DNA of 63,212 bases, counting the filler, from Reclinomonas americana ATCC 50394 (taxonomy: Eukaryota): the NCBI GenBank assembly GCA_048213135.1. It is 16 parts of 16 records of this genome, joined end to end, with 100 filler letters (N's around TTAATTAATTAA, not from the genome) between each part and the next. Parts side by side here need not be neighbours in the genome. Positions count along the whole stretch, not along the records: positions 9,987 to 14,621 come from AFZH01020755.1; positions 14,722 to 18,586 come from AFZH01020756.1; positions 18,687 to 24,894 come from AFZH01020757.1; positions 24,995 to 27,010 come from AFZH01020758.1; 12 more parts are not named here. One strand, written 5' to 3'. This document shows positions 11,946 through 25,006 of the stretch, one piece after another. The notes under the pieces were generated by a model. The model had not been told where the DNA came from and did no database searches. It saw only the letters and a list, made by a program, of their open reading frames with translations. Position numbers and translations under genes: made by a program. Every line of letters begins with the position of its first letter. Position 1 is the stretch's first letter.

Positions 11946-14900
11946 TTACGCAACAAAATCGTCATCTCCGTAGTCGTCTTCGCTGCGCGGGGTAATGGAG
12001 CGTTTGGAGGTCGCGGTGGCCGCCGCGGGTCTGGCCGGCTGCAGTACCCTCACTGGTGGCGATGCTGTCGGTCTGGCGGCGAGTGGGGGTCGCGGACTCG
12101 GCGACGCCACGCTCTGTGTTCTCACATTGAGTCACCCGCTACCATATTTTGCGACGATCATGACAACACACCTCCACGCGACTCTCGTCGCTGATTTCGG
12201 AGAGGTCCATCGAGTTGATGAGTGACTCCGACACTGACGACGAGCGCTTCGAGGCGGTCATTGCGGGCGATTGCGGTCTGCGTGTAGGCGGCATGGGCTC
12301 GGTGGGCTCGCGTGGAAGCGGCTGCGGCGTCGACTGCGCCACCGCAATGGCTCCAGTGACACGTGAGACGGCGCGAGATGATACCGACGGCACTGATGAG
12401 CGGCGCGAGGCGGTGGGCGACACTGGCGACTCGTCTATCCAGCGAAAACGAATGAGAAACGACGTTGGTAGCTGAAAACAAAACTGCGCGGTACGAACCA
12501 CCCTCCAGCAGCTTGTGCATTTCCGGCGAAGCCACCAACAGGGGCGAGCGCCTCGAGCTCGAGTTGACCGGTGGCAAGTCAGTGACGCTGGCCAGAGGAC
12601 TGCTGACAATGTGAGGAGAACATGAGAGCCTCTTTTTTTTTTCTTTCTTGGCACGCACCTGCGTGGACCCGGAAGCGAGCTGCGTCGCTGGGGAGTGCTG
12701 GAAGAGGAGGCAATCGAGAGTGGCGAGGAGCTCGACTGACCATGTGGCGAGTCGGTGCTGATGGTCTCGGGTGGTGAGCGCAGGCGCTCGGGAGCAGGCG
12801 GCGCAAATGTGTCGGACTTGGAGACCGCCGATGGTTGTTGTTGCGGGGTGCGGCGAACACCAGCCGTGGGGTCAATGGTCGGTGACGGTCCGTCGTGGCG
12901 ACGTCGGTCGATGATTGGCGTCGGCACCGGAGACGGCTTGCGTGCCGACGGTTGCGATTCCTCCTCGTAGTCGTCGTCATCGTAAGCGTCGTCGGAGCGC
13001 GAGCTCGAATCTGGAGTGGCGCTTGGTAGCCTGCCACCCGCGATCGGCGCCTGCAGTAGATTTGGTACCGGAGCAGCAGCGCGCGGTGGTGCTGGAGCGA
13101 CAGCAGGAGCAGGAGCAGGGGTGGGAGCAGGAGCGGGAGCTGGAGCAGGAGTGAGAGCAGGAGCAGGAGCGGGAGCGGCGAGAGCAGGGACGGGGGCAGG
13201 GGCTGGTGCAGGAGCGGGTGCAGGAGCCACCATTGGTGCTGGTGGAGGAGCAGGTGGCTCGGGACGGTACGGTCTCTCTGCGCCACTCTTGCCAGTGAGC
13301 TCGATGACTGCCGCTTGATGTGCTACAGCACAAAGGCACCAGTGTGAGACAATGATGGAAAACAGAGCAAGAATAAAACAGTCGCCCCGTCACACACCTG
13401 GCGGATGCAGCGACTCGGGAGTCGGTTCCGACTCGCTCGGATCGCCGCGCAGCACGACAAGGCGCGACGCCTTCTCCATTACCGACGCCGATGGTGCCAG
13501 CGTCGGTAATGCCGGCGGCTGTGGGGCTGCACTGTGCTGCGGCTGATCGTTCTGGAACGAGACACGCAGCGAGCCGACACTAGCCTGCCGACCGATGCCA
13601 GCCCCGGTTGGCTTTCGCGGATCGGTCACGGAGAGTGGATTCACGGCCGCGTCCGCATTACTCATGGGCAAATCCGGCACTCTTGCACCCAGCGGCTTCG
13701 AGCGCGGATCTGTGACGGCCATGGGATCCACCGGCAGCGAACCGGTGCTGCTGTGCACCGACGGCGGAGTGGTGCTGCGTGGGTGTCCTCTTGTTCCATC
13801 GCCCATGTCGACGTCGGTCTGCGTCGAGTGTGCAGCCTTGGAGTGCACTCTACTCCGTCCACGATGCGCGTAGGCCGACGAGCCACTTGACACAGACGAC
13901 CACGACGACAAGGAGTGACCAACGTCCCGCGACGACGGTGCAGAAGCTGTTGCCTGCTTGCTGCCAGAGGATGCGGACCCCGGTCGCACATTACCCACCG
14001 ACGACAGTGGCCGTCGGCTTGGTGCTGGCGACGGCGAGGTTCCACGCTTCGACTTTTGCCTGCGTCGCTCCTTTGACTTTTCCACAAACGCAGAGGCCTC
14101 GGCCTTGCTCTCGGCGATCAGGCGTCGTCGTTCCTCCGGATCCAGTGAGTCGAGCACTGGCTTGGACTGTGCGTCACGCAAACGCAGCAAGTCGCGCATC
14201 ACTTCATCTGTGTGGCGTGGTTGAGAACGAGAGGGGAATGAGCGCAGATCGCACCAGGATCCAGACCGATAAGTTGTGCACGTTTCGCTCCGTCGTCACT
14301 GCAAAACGGGGAGCGACAGCGGTAAGCAATATGGAGCAGTAGACACACGAAGTATGTGCATTGCCCACGCAACGTTGAAGTAAGCTTGCTCAGCAACCTG
14401 AGCGAGTCGTACTCTCGATCGAGCAGATCTGTGCACCGGTGTCGGTCAGTGCGCTGTCGGGAGTCGGCAACTCTCTTTCATCAAGCACCGCAACTCCTGG
14501 ATTCCTCGGTGGAATGGTACGCTGCGTCGTTGGCCACCTTTGAGCGCGGCCGTACCGACGACACACCAACCGTGGTGACTGCAGGCTTGACCGGCTTGGT
14601 GGTAGCAGCATCGGCAACAGTNNNNNNNNNNNNNNNNNNNNNNNNNNNNNNNNNNNNNNNNNNNNTTAATTAATTAANNNNNNNNNNNNNNNNNNNNNNN
14701 NNNNNNNNNNNNNNNNNNNNNACCACCTCCGCAGAGTGCGCACGCAACATTAGCGTGGTGTGACGCTGATCGTGATGATCCAGCTCGGTGTAATGCTCCA
14801 CTTTGGTGCCATCCTCCAGCCGGTACGAGTCGACCGAGAGGCGATCCTCGTCGTCGTTGCCTTCTCCTTTGCGTGAGGCGACTATATGAGTGCACAGACA

Positions 14901-15956
14901 GTTGTTGCTTTGGGCGACTCCGCTACTACGCACCGGCACTCTCACTCCACGAGGAGCCTTCGGATCCAGAGTGCCTTCCAAACTCGTCGCGCCTCCGTCG
15001 ATCGCGAGCATGATGATGATGATGATGATGGTGATGATGCGGGCGAGAGGGAGAGTTGTCAGCGCTGTGCGACGGATGAGCTCCGTGATGCTGTTGGCGC
15101 CGTGAGCGACTCGGCGACCACGAATGATCCGAGTCGTGCTGGTGTGGATTGACAAAGATCGACGCCGGACTCTCGGGTGGTGGCACTCCTCGTCTGCCGG
15201 CGTCTCGTGGCTGCAGCGATCGCCGCACCGCGGCCGCTGTTGCCTCCTGCGCCGACATGGCCGACGACGACGACGACGCACCACGAGCGTTGGCAAAGCG
15301 CACTTCTACGCGAACTCGGCCCATCTCACGACCCTGTCAACACCCACGCCGACAGTGTCAGCAGCGGCAACCACCGGAGCGAGAGACTCCACATTCCGCG
15401 ACGCACCGTGATATCCGCAAAGGGAAACTCGCCGCTCTTGAACACACCGAGGCCCGGGTCCAGCAGGTTGACCAGATCACGTGGATCGACGTTGGAGGGG
15501 GCCAGGTGGACCGTGGCATTGGCCAGCACGCGATCATCGGCCTCTGGCTGCGTCAGTGGACCCGCTGGTTCCGACGACGCACGCTCCACCAGCAACAGGA
15601 ACAGCGGGTGGTCCAACAGACGACTGACAACCAAGTCTGCGTGACATTCGTAAGCGAGCTTTTACGCTCTCCGTCTCGGTGCTCCTCGTGCACTCACCTC
15701 TCCGCATCTCCAAAACACACGACTTGCCGACACCCAGCTGCATCTCCCTCCGAGTGGCGTCAACTGCAACAGTGGCCTCAAACGCCGCTCGCGAGGGCGA
15801 CGGATGCGTCACTGTCAACAGCGGAAAGTCCCACAAACGCGCCACCACACACAGCCTCGACGGCGTCGCATGCAGCAGCGGCGACCACAGTGGACAGTCG
15901 ATCCACCGCAGAAACAAGGAGAAGACAAACTCCTCCTCGATCACGTTGGCCTCCAT
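11946..15956 (-). CDS. MAP10-like (DUF4497) N-terminal domain with long Ser/Pro-rich tail (spans one linker)
   Basis: N-terminus FVFSLFLRWID...VARLWDFPLL...LGVGKSCVLEM...RLLDHPLFLLL resembles MAP10 (AFRLLDFPTL, FGRGKSCLF, RLLRTPL). Same-strand S/P-rich exons with an (AP)n tract run to DDDFVA-TAA at 11946. Continuity across the gap is inferred. Confidence 0.6.
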
Positions 15957-16042
15957 GCGTTTGCTCGTCGCAAAGTGGAGGACGAATTTTGTAACGTTCG
16001 CTCTCGGAACACGCGAAGTCAGTCGCTCACGTCTCGCCTTCC

Positions 16043-17995
16043 ATGCGCGACATTGATGTGCATGTGATAGTCAACCCAGTGGCCGGTGGCGGGTGAGTCA
16101 CCACGAGAGAAACACAGAGGAAAGACACTGCTTTCTCTCATCTGATTGCATCGCATACTGAAGCCGCGCGTGGAAGGTGTGGAGAGCAGTGGAACGCCAG
16201 TTACGTTCTGCGTCACTTGGCGCGTATTCCCTCTCCTGTCTCATGCGCAAGGAGACAGATTTTCTGCGCTGTGTGAGGCACGACATCGTCACCGGCATAG
16301 CATTCGCTCGTGCGAGGTGCACACGTCGGTTGGTGGCGCAGTGGACGAGGATGCGGAGGGAGTGGACGACATTGTGCCTCGTGTGACGCACTTTGTACGG
16401 CAGTTGATGATGGCACAGCAGGATCGATATGCGAGTTGCGTGATCATGATCTCGCTGATGATTCGCTGATTCTCCGGCGGTACGTCTTACCTCCGATGCG
16501 GTCGGCGCAGACGATGGCGATGCAGGTATGTTCATGTGGTCTCATCAAGAGAGCACAGACAAGGCTCCTCAGCTGGCGACTGTTTACAGCTCCTGTGGTG
16601 GTCGTGGTCGCGGTCGGTGGTGACGGCACGAATCATCAGGTCAGCGCCAACATGTTGTTGTCTCTCCGTGGCTCGCCCTGGACTCAGTGTGCAGGTTGTA
16701 GGTGGCGAATGGGCTGTTGCATCCGCTGCGCAGCGATCAAGATGTGGTGCGGCATCGTTCATAGTGCACTGTGCTTTCATGGTCAGCAGATGCTGACGAC
16801 TGCGCACAGGACGACATGGGCAAGCTCGTGTATGAGCACACGCGCTACTGCTTCATTCCCGCCGGCACGGGTGTGCACAGCTTTCTGTCACTCCGTTGTG
16901 TCTTTTTCTGATTCATGGGGCAGGTTCCGATTATGCGCGCACGGTGACGTGCCCGCGAACTGGCGAGGAGTTGTTCGAGTTCATCACAGGTGGCTGGTAT
17001 CGCATGCTGGACGTGGGCGCCTTGTCGTACCATCCCGTTGCGCTCGAGGATGCCGGCGATTTTCTGTTTCATGGCGGTCCACCTCCGCCACTGAGACCAC
17101 AGCAGGTTTGTTGGCAGCCATCCTTGATCCTTTATTTTCACACTCGTTTTCACATCGTCATGCGACAGCTGCGCTACTTTATCAACGCATGCAGCACGGG
17201 TATGGGTGCCGAGGCGTGTGTGCGCAAGGAGACGCAGAGCTCATGGTGTCCGTGCGGCGCAGCGGCCTATGTGGTGAGATAGAATCCCGGCAGTGCCGTA
17301 CGCACACAAAACGCACATCGACTCACTCAATTTTTGTCTCTTTGCACACAGTGGGGCTCGCTAAAGGTGAGCTTGTGTGCGGGTGCAAGCACTCTTGCAA
17401 CTGTAGTTCCCACACGCATGCAAATCACAGAGCATGTGGAGCTACAAGCACCGGCATGTTGATGTGCAGCTGAACGACGACGACCAGATGTATGAGGGCG
17501 AGCACATTGTCGCCGCGGCCTTTGGGATTGGTCAGTACTGCGGCAACGGCATGCGCACGTTTCCGCAGGCCGACCCAGGCGACGGCTCCCTCTCGTTTAC
17601 TATGTGGAAGAGTGCGTCAATGCGCGAAAAAAACACACTTGCTACTCTGCGGTTCCGCTCACGCACTGGTGGTGCGCGCAGATTATGGATTCCTGGAGTC
17701 TCTGTATGTGATGCCGTCCTTGTTCTCGGGCAAGCACGTGAGTCTCGCCAAGACTGTGGCGCGTGAGGGTGTGCACAAGGCACGCGTACGTATTCACGGA
17801 CCGGCTGCCGGCATTGACGCGGCTGCCGGTCGTGAGGCGTACTCGTGGATTGAGTGTGACGGTGAGCCGGTGGGTCACTGCCCCATGTCTGTGATGTGTC
17901 TGCCTTCTCGTCTGCCCGTGCTCGTGCCTCCAAAGCAACACGATGGTGGCGACGGCGAGGAGGAGGACGACGATGATGCCGATGATGATGAGTGA
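16043..17995 (+). CDS. YegS/DAGK-family lipid kinase
   Basis: MRDIDVHVIVNPVAGGG, VVAVGGDGTNHQV, PAGT/GSDYART, RYFINACSTGMGA, GQYCGNGMRTFPQADPGDG, ECDGEPVG. Acidic tail, then TGA at 17993-17995. Confidence 0.88.
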
Positions 17996-18093
17996 GTGGC
18001 GTCAACAAATGCAATTAATTTTCCATTCACTTGTTCCTGTCTCCGCTTCTCTTCCTTGTCTCTCCGTACCGCGCGTCGTGTCCGCCGAATCGA

Positions 18094-19058
18094 CTACGGC
18101 TTCACGCCGACCACCACACTGTAGTAGGCGTAGGTGGGCTCGCTGGTGATGGAGGTGAAGCCGGCGTCGGAGAGGATGTCGCGCAGCTCGGCAAAGGAGC
18201 GCTGGCATCCGCGTGTGAACAAGAACATGTGCACCGAGAATGCAGTGGTGGTCTTGGGTCCGTCCAGCGAGTCACTCAGCAACTGCTCGTGCAAGAAGAT
18301 CTTGCCGCCCGACGGCAGCGCCTCGAACGACCGCTGCGCCAGCAGTCGGCAATCGGCGTCGCCCCAGTCGTGCCAGATGTTGGAGTAGAAGTGTGCGTCG
18401 CTGCAATCGACTGAGCTGTTACACACAAGAGGGCAAGAGAGGCAGGTCACGGAATGGAATGCACACGAACCAGGCCGGGAACTCGTCGGTGAACATGTTG
18501 CCGCGTGCAATGCTGACACGATCCTCCAGCTGCATCACACAAGACAGTCAGCACCTGGCGAGTGACAGGGGGTATCGTCGAACTCANNNNNNNNNNNNNN
18601 NNNNNNNNNNNNNNNNNNNNNNNNNNNNNNTTAATTAATTAANNNNNNNNNNNNNNNNNNNNNNNNNNNNNNNNNNNNNNNNNNNNCCCAGTGCGGTGGC
18701 TGCCTCCTCAATGGTCGATGGAGTGCGCAAGAGGTGTGCCATCAGGCCCAGATCGATGCTCACTTGCAGAACCGGAAGGTCGTGCTGTGTGGTGAGCAGG
18801 TGAGCGGGAGAGGGAGTAGGGACAAGACAGAAGAGAGAGGGGGGAGACTTGCCTGCGACATGAAGGTGTCCTGGAAAGGAAGAGAGAGAGAGAGAAGCAG
18901 TCAGCGGTGATGTCGGAATGCATGCACACGTGCATTGTGTCTTACCCAGATGAGCCTGCGGGTGTGTGTGCGTGTCAGTGAGTGAATGAAGACACAGTTC
19001 ACATGCACTCACGCAGAACACTCAACTTGTCATCGCTGAGCGGCAACTTGATGCTCAT
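18094..19058 (-). CDS. SAM-dependent O-methyltransferase (Methyltransf_2 with dimerisation domain), middle hidden by linker
   Basis: N-terminus MSIKLPLSDDK/LIW/DTFMSQ/HDLPVLQVSIDLGL lies right of the gap. C-terminus FYSNIWHDWGDADCRLLAQRSFEALPSGGKIFLHE...QRSFAELRDILSDAGF lies left of it. Confidence 0.87.
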
Positions 19059-19133
19059 GGTGAACGGAGAAATGAATGAAGAGGACAGCTCGTCATGCTG
19101 CTACGTACGTACGTGCATAACCAAAACAATGAA

Positions 19134-21027
19134 CTATTTATGATAGGCGTGCTCGGTGAGCACTTGATACGGCGAGTGCTGTGGTGGCGAGACCGACGAC
19201 GAGGACAGCTGTGGATTCCGATGTGACGATGAGAGCAGATCGCCGGCGGCATCGCGTAACTGCGGATTGTGCGACGATCGATGCAGTTGGTGGTGTCGCG
19301 GATGCAGCATCTGCGTCGCCCGCGCCTGGATGTACGTCTCGCCGCGCGCCAGGGCCTCGCCAATCTCGCGGTCGGTCAGCAGTGCCCGTGTTTCGAGAAT
19401 GGAGAAGATGCGTGGCACAAGCGGCAAGCTGTGCGACGGTGTTGGCAGGGAATTCGACGACATGGACCCCTGCAGCTTGTCCACGGCCTCACGCGCGGCG
19501 CGCACAGAGTTCAACTCGCCAACGGCTGCACCGCGCACGTCAAAGCACACACATAGCGTGCCGCCGGCGGTGGCGGTGGCCAGTCGTCGACCGGCCCACG
19601 AGGTGGCACACACATCGCGATCGGCACCGCGAATGAGAACAGTGCGGCACGGGGCGCCAGTCGACACGCGCCATATTCTTGTCGAGGCATCGGTGGAGGC
19701 GGCGGCCACGAATCGCCCGTACGTTGACTCGAGGCACACGTCGCGACAGGGTTGCCCGGAGGCGGGCACGAATGCGTGCACGTGGCGCGCACTCACCGCA
19801 TCCCACACGCGAATCACGCTGTCGGCGCCCGCGGTGACCACCAAGTCGGTGAGCAGTGGGTGCCACACCAGTCCGCACAGTGGGCCAGTACACGCGGTCA
19901 ACACGGACATGCACTCGCGCGTCGCCGTGTCCCACACGCGCAGAGTGCCGTCGACGGCCACCGACGCCAGTCGCGTGTGTTCCACGGGCGAAAAGCGCAC
20001 ACGCAGCACACGGCCGTGATGGCCGCGCATGCGATGCGAGGAGCGCGAAACGTGGAGGTTGCGCGGTCCGCCGGCCACGTGCCACACGTGCACCACACCC
20101 GACTCGTCGCCCACAGCCACCGCATCCACCGACAAGTCGATGCAGTGGCGAGCCACACTCGACGACAGCGACAAGGCCGAAATCACATCGCTCCCCACAG
20201 TGCTATTGCTCGACGGCGACGAGTCGCTGTTTGGCGACGACTCAAACGACGCCGACGCCTCCAACGTGGACAGCATACGGCCGCGCACCGGATCCCACAG
20301 CAGCGTCGTCCCGTCGGCACTCGCACTGCCCAACATGAGACCCGACGGGTTCCACGCCACCGACAACACCGGCGACGATCCGTGATCCAGCTGCGCCAGC
20401 AGCTGCCCATTCAAGCAGTCCCACAAGTGCACCCTGAACACCCGCAACGTGTTGAGCATCACACCGACCACATACAGTATCAACCACGCAGCAAATCGCA
20501 ACATTCCATCGCGACTGGCCACAGCCAGCACTGCATTATCGCGTGGCGAGAACGCCACACATGAGATCCCCGTGTGCTGCTGCATGGTCCACTCCACCTG
20601 AATGCTCGACACGCTCTCCGCAGAGCTCGATCCTGACTTGCCACACATTGAGAGCGAGGAAGAAATCGCATCTTTGAATGAGATCGATCTCTCTCTCCCC
20701 CTTCCTCACCAATCACATGCTCCAACTCCCGCAACCGCGCATCCAGCGGAGTACTCGAGTCCTGCACGCGCACCACATCAACGCTCACAGGCGCGTCTAA
20801 TAGACACTGCAAGTGCGCTCCTGCTGCAGAGGAGGCAGCCGACCCCATTGTCGACGCATGATGACCTCCCTCAGTGGCATCGTCGTCGGCGTGATCAGCG
20901 GCCAGAGTCACATCGACAATGGTCTGACGAGAGAGAGAAGTGAGGTGAGGAGAGCGGTGAGAGAGAGAGAGGAAATCACAGAGGATTAAGAGACCTCAGT
21001 GTCGTGTGATGCATGTGCAGAGCCCAT
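19134..21027 (-). CDS. WD40-repeat protein
   Basis: Repeats include VLSVAWNPSGLMLGSASADGTTLLWD, RGHHGRVLRVRFSP...DGTLRVWD and AGADSVIRVWD. Probable start MGSAHAS at 21027 (possible N-myristoylation). Confidence 0.85.
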
Positions 21028-21129
21028 CCACGAGCAGGCGCAGCAACAGCAGCACAGTGAGCGACTGAGTAGAGGTACGTAAGTAAAGAGAGAAGACGGA
21101 GGACGAGAGGACTTTGTGATTCATCGTTG

Positions 21130-23822
21130 ATGAGTGTGGAGAAGGCGGTGTTGAAGCCTGGTCTTGTGCTGACTGAGCTGCTGGAGACTGGCATTCTCAG
21201 CGATGTGTGTGTGCTCTTTGCGCCTGTGCGCATCCCTGCACACAAGTGCATTCTCATTCTCGAGGTACTCAGCAGAAGACCCGCTTCTGCTGTCACTCGC
21301 TCACTCTGTCTCTGTCTCTCACATGCACAGAGCAAGTTCTTTCGTCAGCGACTGGCCGACAGTGATGCGTTCTTCAGCACTGGAGGTGCACATGAGGTCG
21401 ACTTGCGACGAGTTGTCCCCGAGTCGTGGACACTGGCGTGTGCAGAAGACGAGACCATGCAGGCAGCAGTGGCCGATGCAGTGCGCGCTCTTGTGCGCTA
21501 CATGTACACAGGCACTGTCGAGGTCAGACTCTCTCTCATCACACACTCGTTCAGTTGTGGTGCCCATGTCACTCGTGTGTGTGATAGATCACTGCAGCGA
21601 CGCTGGTCCCGCTGATTGGTCTCGCGGATGTACTGTGTATGGGATTGCTGCTGGAGGCGCTGGTGCAGCGCGTGAACAGGACGTTGAGTGTGAGCGGTTT
21701 TGCGCAGGCGCTGGCCACGGTGCCGCTCTTTGCTGGTGGGCATGAGGATGCTGTCATGGCGGGGTATGCAGTGGCCGGTTGTGCTCGTTGTCGCGCAGCG
21801 GTTCGCCATCTCATGTTGTGGCAGCTTTGAAAAGTTCTTTGAGAGTCACATTGAGGAGTTCCTGGCCGATCCGACCACGGTGTTGCACTTGCCGCCGAAG
21901 CAGTTCAAGGCGCTGCTGGCGAGCTTGGATGGTTTGGCATGTGGGTTTCCTCGGCAAAGTCGCGCAGCCTGATTGCCGCGCGCCCTCGTGATGCAGAAAC
22001 CAATTTTCCCGCCGGTGTCGAGGAGCTGACGTGCAAGTATCTGGAGAGTTGCGATGCCGTGTCCATTCGTGTGCCTGTTTGATAGCAAACAAAGTGAGTC
22101 TCCTTTCTTCTTCTTCTGAGGTTGATGATGATGACGAGTGAGTGGGCATACTCACATGCGACCCATTTTGGCTGCTGTGTCTTGCCATTTGCTTGCTTCT
22201 CCCCCACTCTCCTCCTCTCGCCTTGCATCGCCTTACTCGCGCGCTGCGCAGCTGTGACGGGCCACCAGGGAGGCGAGGAGATGGACGGCTTGGTGGAGGA
22301 CATTCTCGGTCTGCTGCCATACATTTCGGCTGCGGGAGCCGTGCCGTTGCTGAAACGCCGCGCATTCGGCAACACCGAACTACTGCTCCACTGCGTGGAT
22401 GCCGTGGCGCACCACTTTTCGGCGTTTGACCGGCAGGATCTGCTGGAGGTGCCGCCGATTGCCATGACTGAGATGCTGAAGTGCGTTGTTGTTGGGTGGA
22501 GATGTGTTATTGTCGGCTACTCACGCGCCTCGACTCGTGCTACGCAGGCAGGACACCCTGAACATGGACTGCGAGGACGACGTCTTTGCTTTCACGCGCG
22601 ACTACATTCGTCACCACGAGCGCGAGTTGTCGGCGGACCAGGTCGTTGATGTTGCGTGTACACGCGCCATGCCATTTCCTTTTTTCCCCGCTGACTCGCA
22701 CCTATTCAGCTGTGGTCGAGTGTTCGTTTCGTGCTGCTGAGTCGCGACTCGGTCCGAGAGGCGCGAAGCACGCCCACTATTCCACCGCGCATGCTGCTGG
22801 TGCTGATCGACATGTTTGTGATAAGCTCGCAGCAGGAACAGCAAGTGCTCCGTCTGTGCGTCTCCACCAACATCTGCGTTCTATGCCTGTGTGTGTGTTT
22901 TCACTCACCACTGCGGTGCAGCAAGGCAACTCGGCATCCGCGCAACCTCCGTTGCGCCAAACGAAGTTTCTCGCTCGATATTCACGCAGCGTCTCATTGT
23001 GTTTCCCGCCAGGCATGCATCCGCTGAGACTCAGCAGCACAGCCAAGGGTACCTCCGCTGCGGTGACGCCAGACGGCCTGACTGCATCGCGCGTCGCGCC
23101 GTCCGACACATTCCACCAGGCAGTCGTGTATCTCGACGGTCCGCTGATGCGATGGTGCGTGGGCGGAGAGGGGTGAAAAGGGAGACTTCGCGCGGTGTGT
23201 CTGAGGTGTGTCGGCAGGCGCTGCGTCGAGGTGTTTCCCTACGGCTTCGATTTCATCATTCAAGACATGTACATCAACGCCAGTTTCGTCGCCTTTGCTG
23301 AAAAGATCTTCAGCGTCCGTCTCATTTGCTGACGCGCGATGCTGTTGCAGGGTGGTCGGGTGGCGTGTCGTGGGGCCTGACTACGCGACCGCCTCCGGCA
23401 ACGGCGACCGCACTTCCCAACACGGCCGTGCAGATCGAGTCGAGCTGCTTCTACTGGAATCGCGTGTTCATCAATGGCGTCAAGCGCGAAGACTTGGAGG
23501 TGGGCAGGAGTGTGCGACAACGCGCTGGTGTAACTTAATGTCGCCAACGAAAACATCTCTTCTTGCAGGTCCTCAGTCCCGAGCACTTTTCGCCCGGTGA
23601 TGTGCGTCGTCATCTCTCGCATTCTTGCGTGCAAATCCGCTCACCATCGCGACACAGAAATGCGGTGTGCGTCTCACCCTCAAGGGCGACGTGACCTTCC
23701 TGCGCAACGACGAGGTGTTGATCACCATTCACGCCTTCGAGCCGGCGACGGTGTGCGCCAGCGAAATCTACGGCGTCATTGATGTGTACGGCCGAGCCAA
23801 AACCGTCACGCTGCGCATGTGA
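21130..23822 (+). CDS. BTB/POZ-BACK-neuralized (NHR) domain protein, putative Cullin-3 adaptor
   Basis: BTB: ILSDV...AHKCILILE/SKFFRQRL...LVRYMYTGTVE. BACK-like: LNMDCEDDVFAFTRDYI...WSSVRFVLL. NHR: TPDGLTASRV...FHQAVVYLDGPL, WSGGVSWGLT, GVRLTLKGDVTFLRND, IYGVIDVYGRAKTV. Confidence 0.8.
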
Positions 23823-23882
23823 CGCACTACAGGTCTACTCGATTCACTACGATGGCGTTGACACGCACGAATGTCAACATTG

Positions 23883-24894
23883 TCAACATGGACTGCCACT
23901 CGCGCCCGCCGACCCGCGCTCCACCAGCGGGAAGTCCTGGATCCACACAAACTCCTCCTTCCACTCCTGACGCTGTCCACCGCAACTGTGCGCACACGAG
24001 TAGACGACGATGGTGCCCCAGTCGACGGTGTGACCGCGCAAGCTCGCCTCCACCTCGCCTTCGGGTTCCACGTCGAGGAAGTGCAGCAGTTGTGGGAGCA
24101 CCTGTGTAACAAAGAGCGTGAATGAACACTGCGGTGGAGAATTACTGCGGTGATTTGCGTTGTTGTACCTGGAACTCAAAGTCGCGCACACTGCCACACG
24201 ATTCGCACGGTGGCGGGCCAGACAGCTCCGCTGCCGCCGCAGAAGACGATGATGACGGACCGGCCTCGTCCGTGGCCACCGTCGCTGCCGCCGAAGCCGT
24301 CGCGGTAGTGGTGGTGGTGGTCGTTGTTGTGCTGCTTGGTGCACCACCGAGGCAACCCCTCGTGCACACCCACAGCGGGGAACCGAATCCGTCGGGTGCA
24401 TACCTACGCCGAGAACGATGAGCTGCAGAGGGAGAGAGGCACACAGAAGGAGCACGATAAAAGACCTCAGGACTTGATCAGGCGCAGCCTTGGTGACTCG
24501 CTGGAACCGCACAAACACCGGATCCTGATCCGGCAGCAGTCCCTCCAGATCCGAGTCCTCGATCTGCGCGTTGGCATACTTTCTGCACGGAGCAGTGAGT
24601 GCACTCGTCGCTGTTACATCCCCACGTCGTCACGAAACTGCGTCAAAAGCTCGATCTCACGAGCAGTGGGCTCCGCGGCATCGCCCTCGTCGTCGCCATC
24701 CTCGTCATCCTCCTCACCACCAGAATTATCGCCGTTGGAGTGGTGCGCGGTGGACGCCGCAGCAGCAGCAGCACGCGCAGCTCGAGCACTCTCCTCATCC
24801 TCATCCTCAATCATCATGTCGTACTCAGGGAACGGCATCACCTCTGCGTCACCCCACATGAGCCACAGACACATGCGCACGTGCGGGAACGCCG
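23883..24894 (-). CDS. PDCD2: Programmed cell death protein 2 (PDCD2/Tsr4 family, uS5 chaperone), 5' truncated
   Basis: FPEYDMMIEDE, FVRFQRVTKAAPDQVLR/Y...PLWV, PPCESCGSVRDFEFQ/VLPQLL, VDWGTIVVYSCAHSC, KEEFVWIQDF: the PDCD2_C signature. Confidence 0.9.
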
Positions 24895-25006
24895 NNNNNN
24901 NNNNNNNNNNNNNNNNNNNNNNNNNNNNNNNNNNNNNNTTAATTAATTAANNNNNNNNNNNNNNNNNNNNNNNNNNNNNNNNNNNNNNNNNNNNAATTGA
25001 ACGGCC

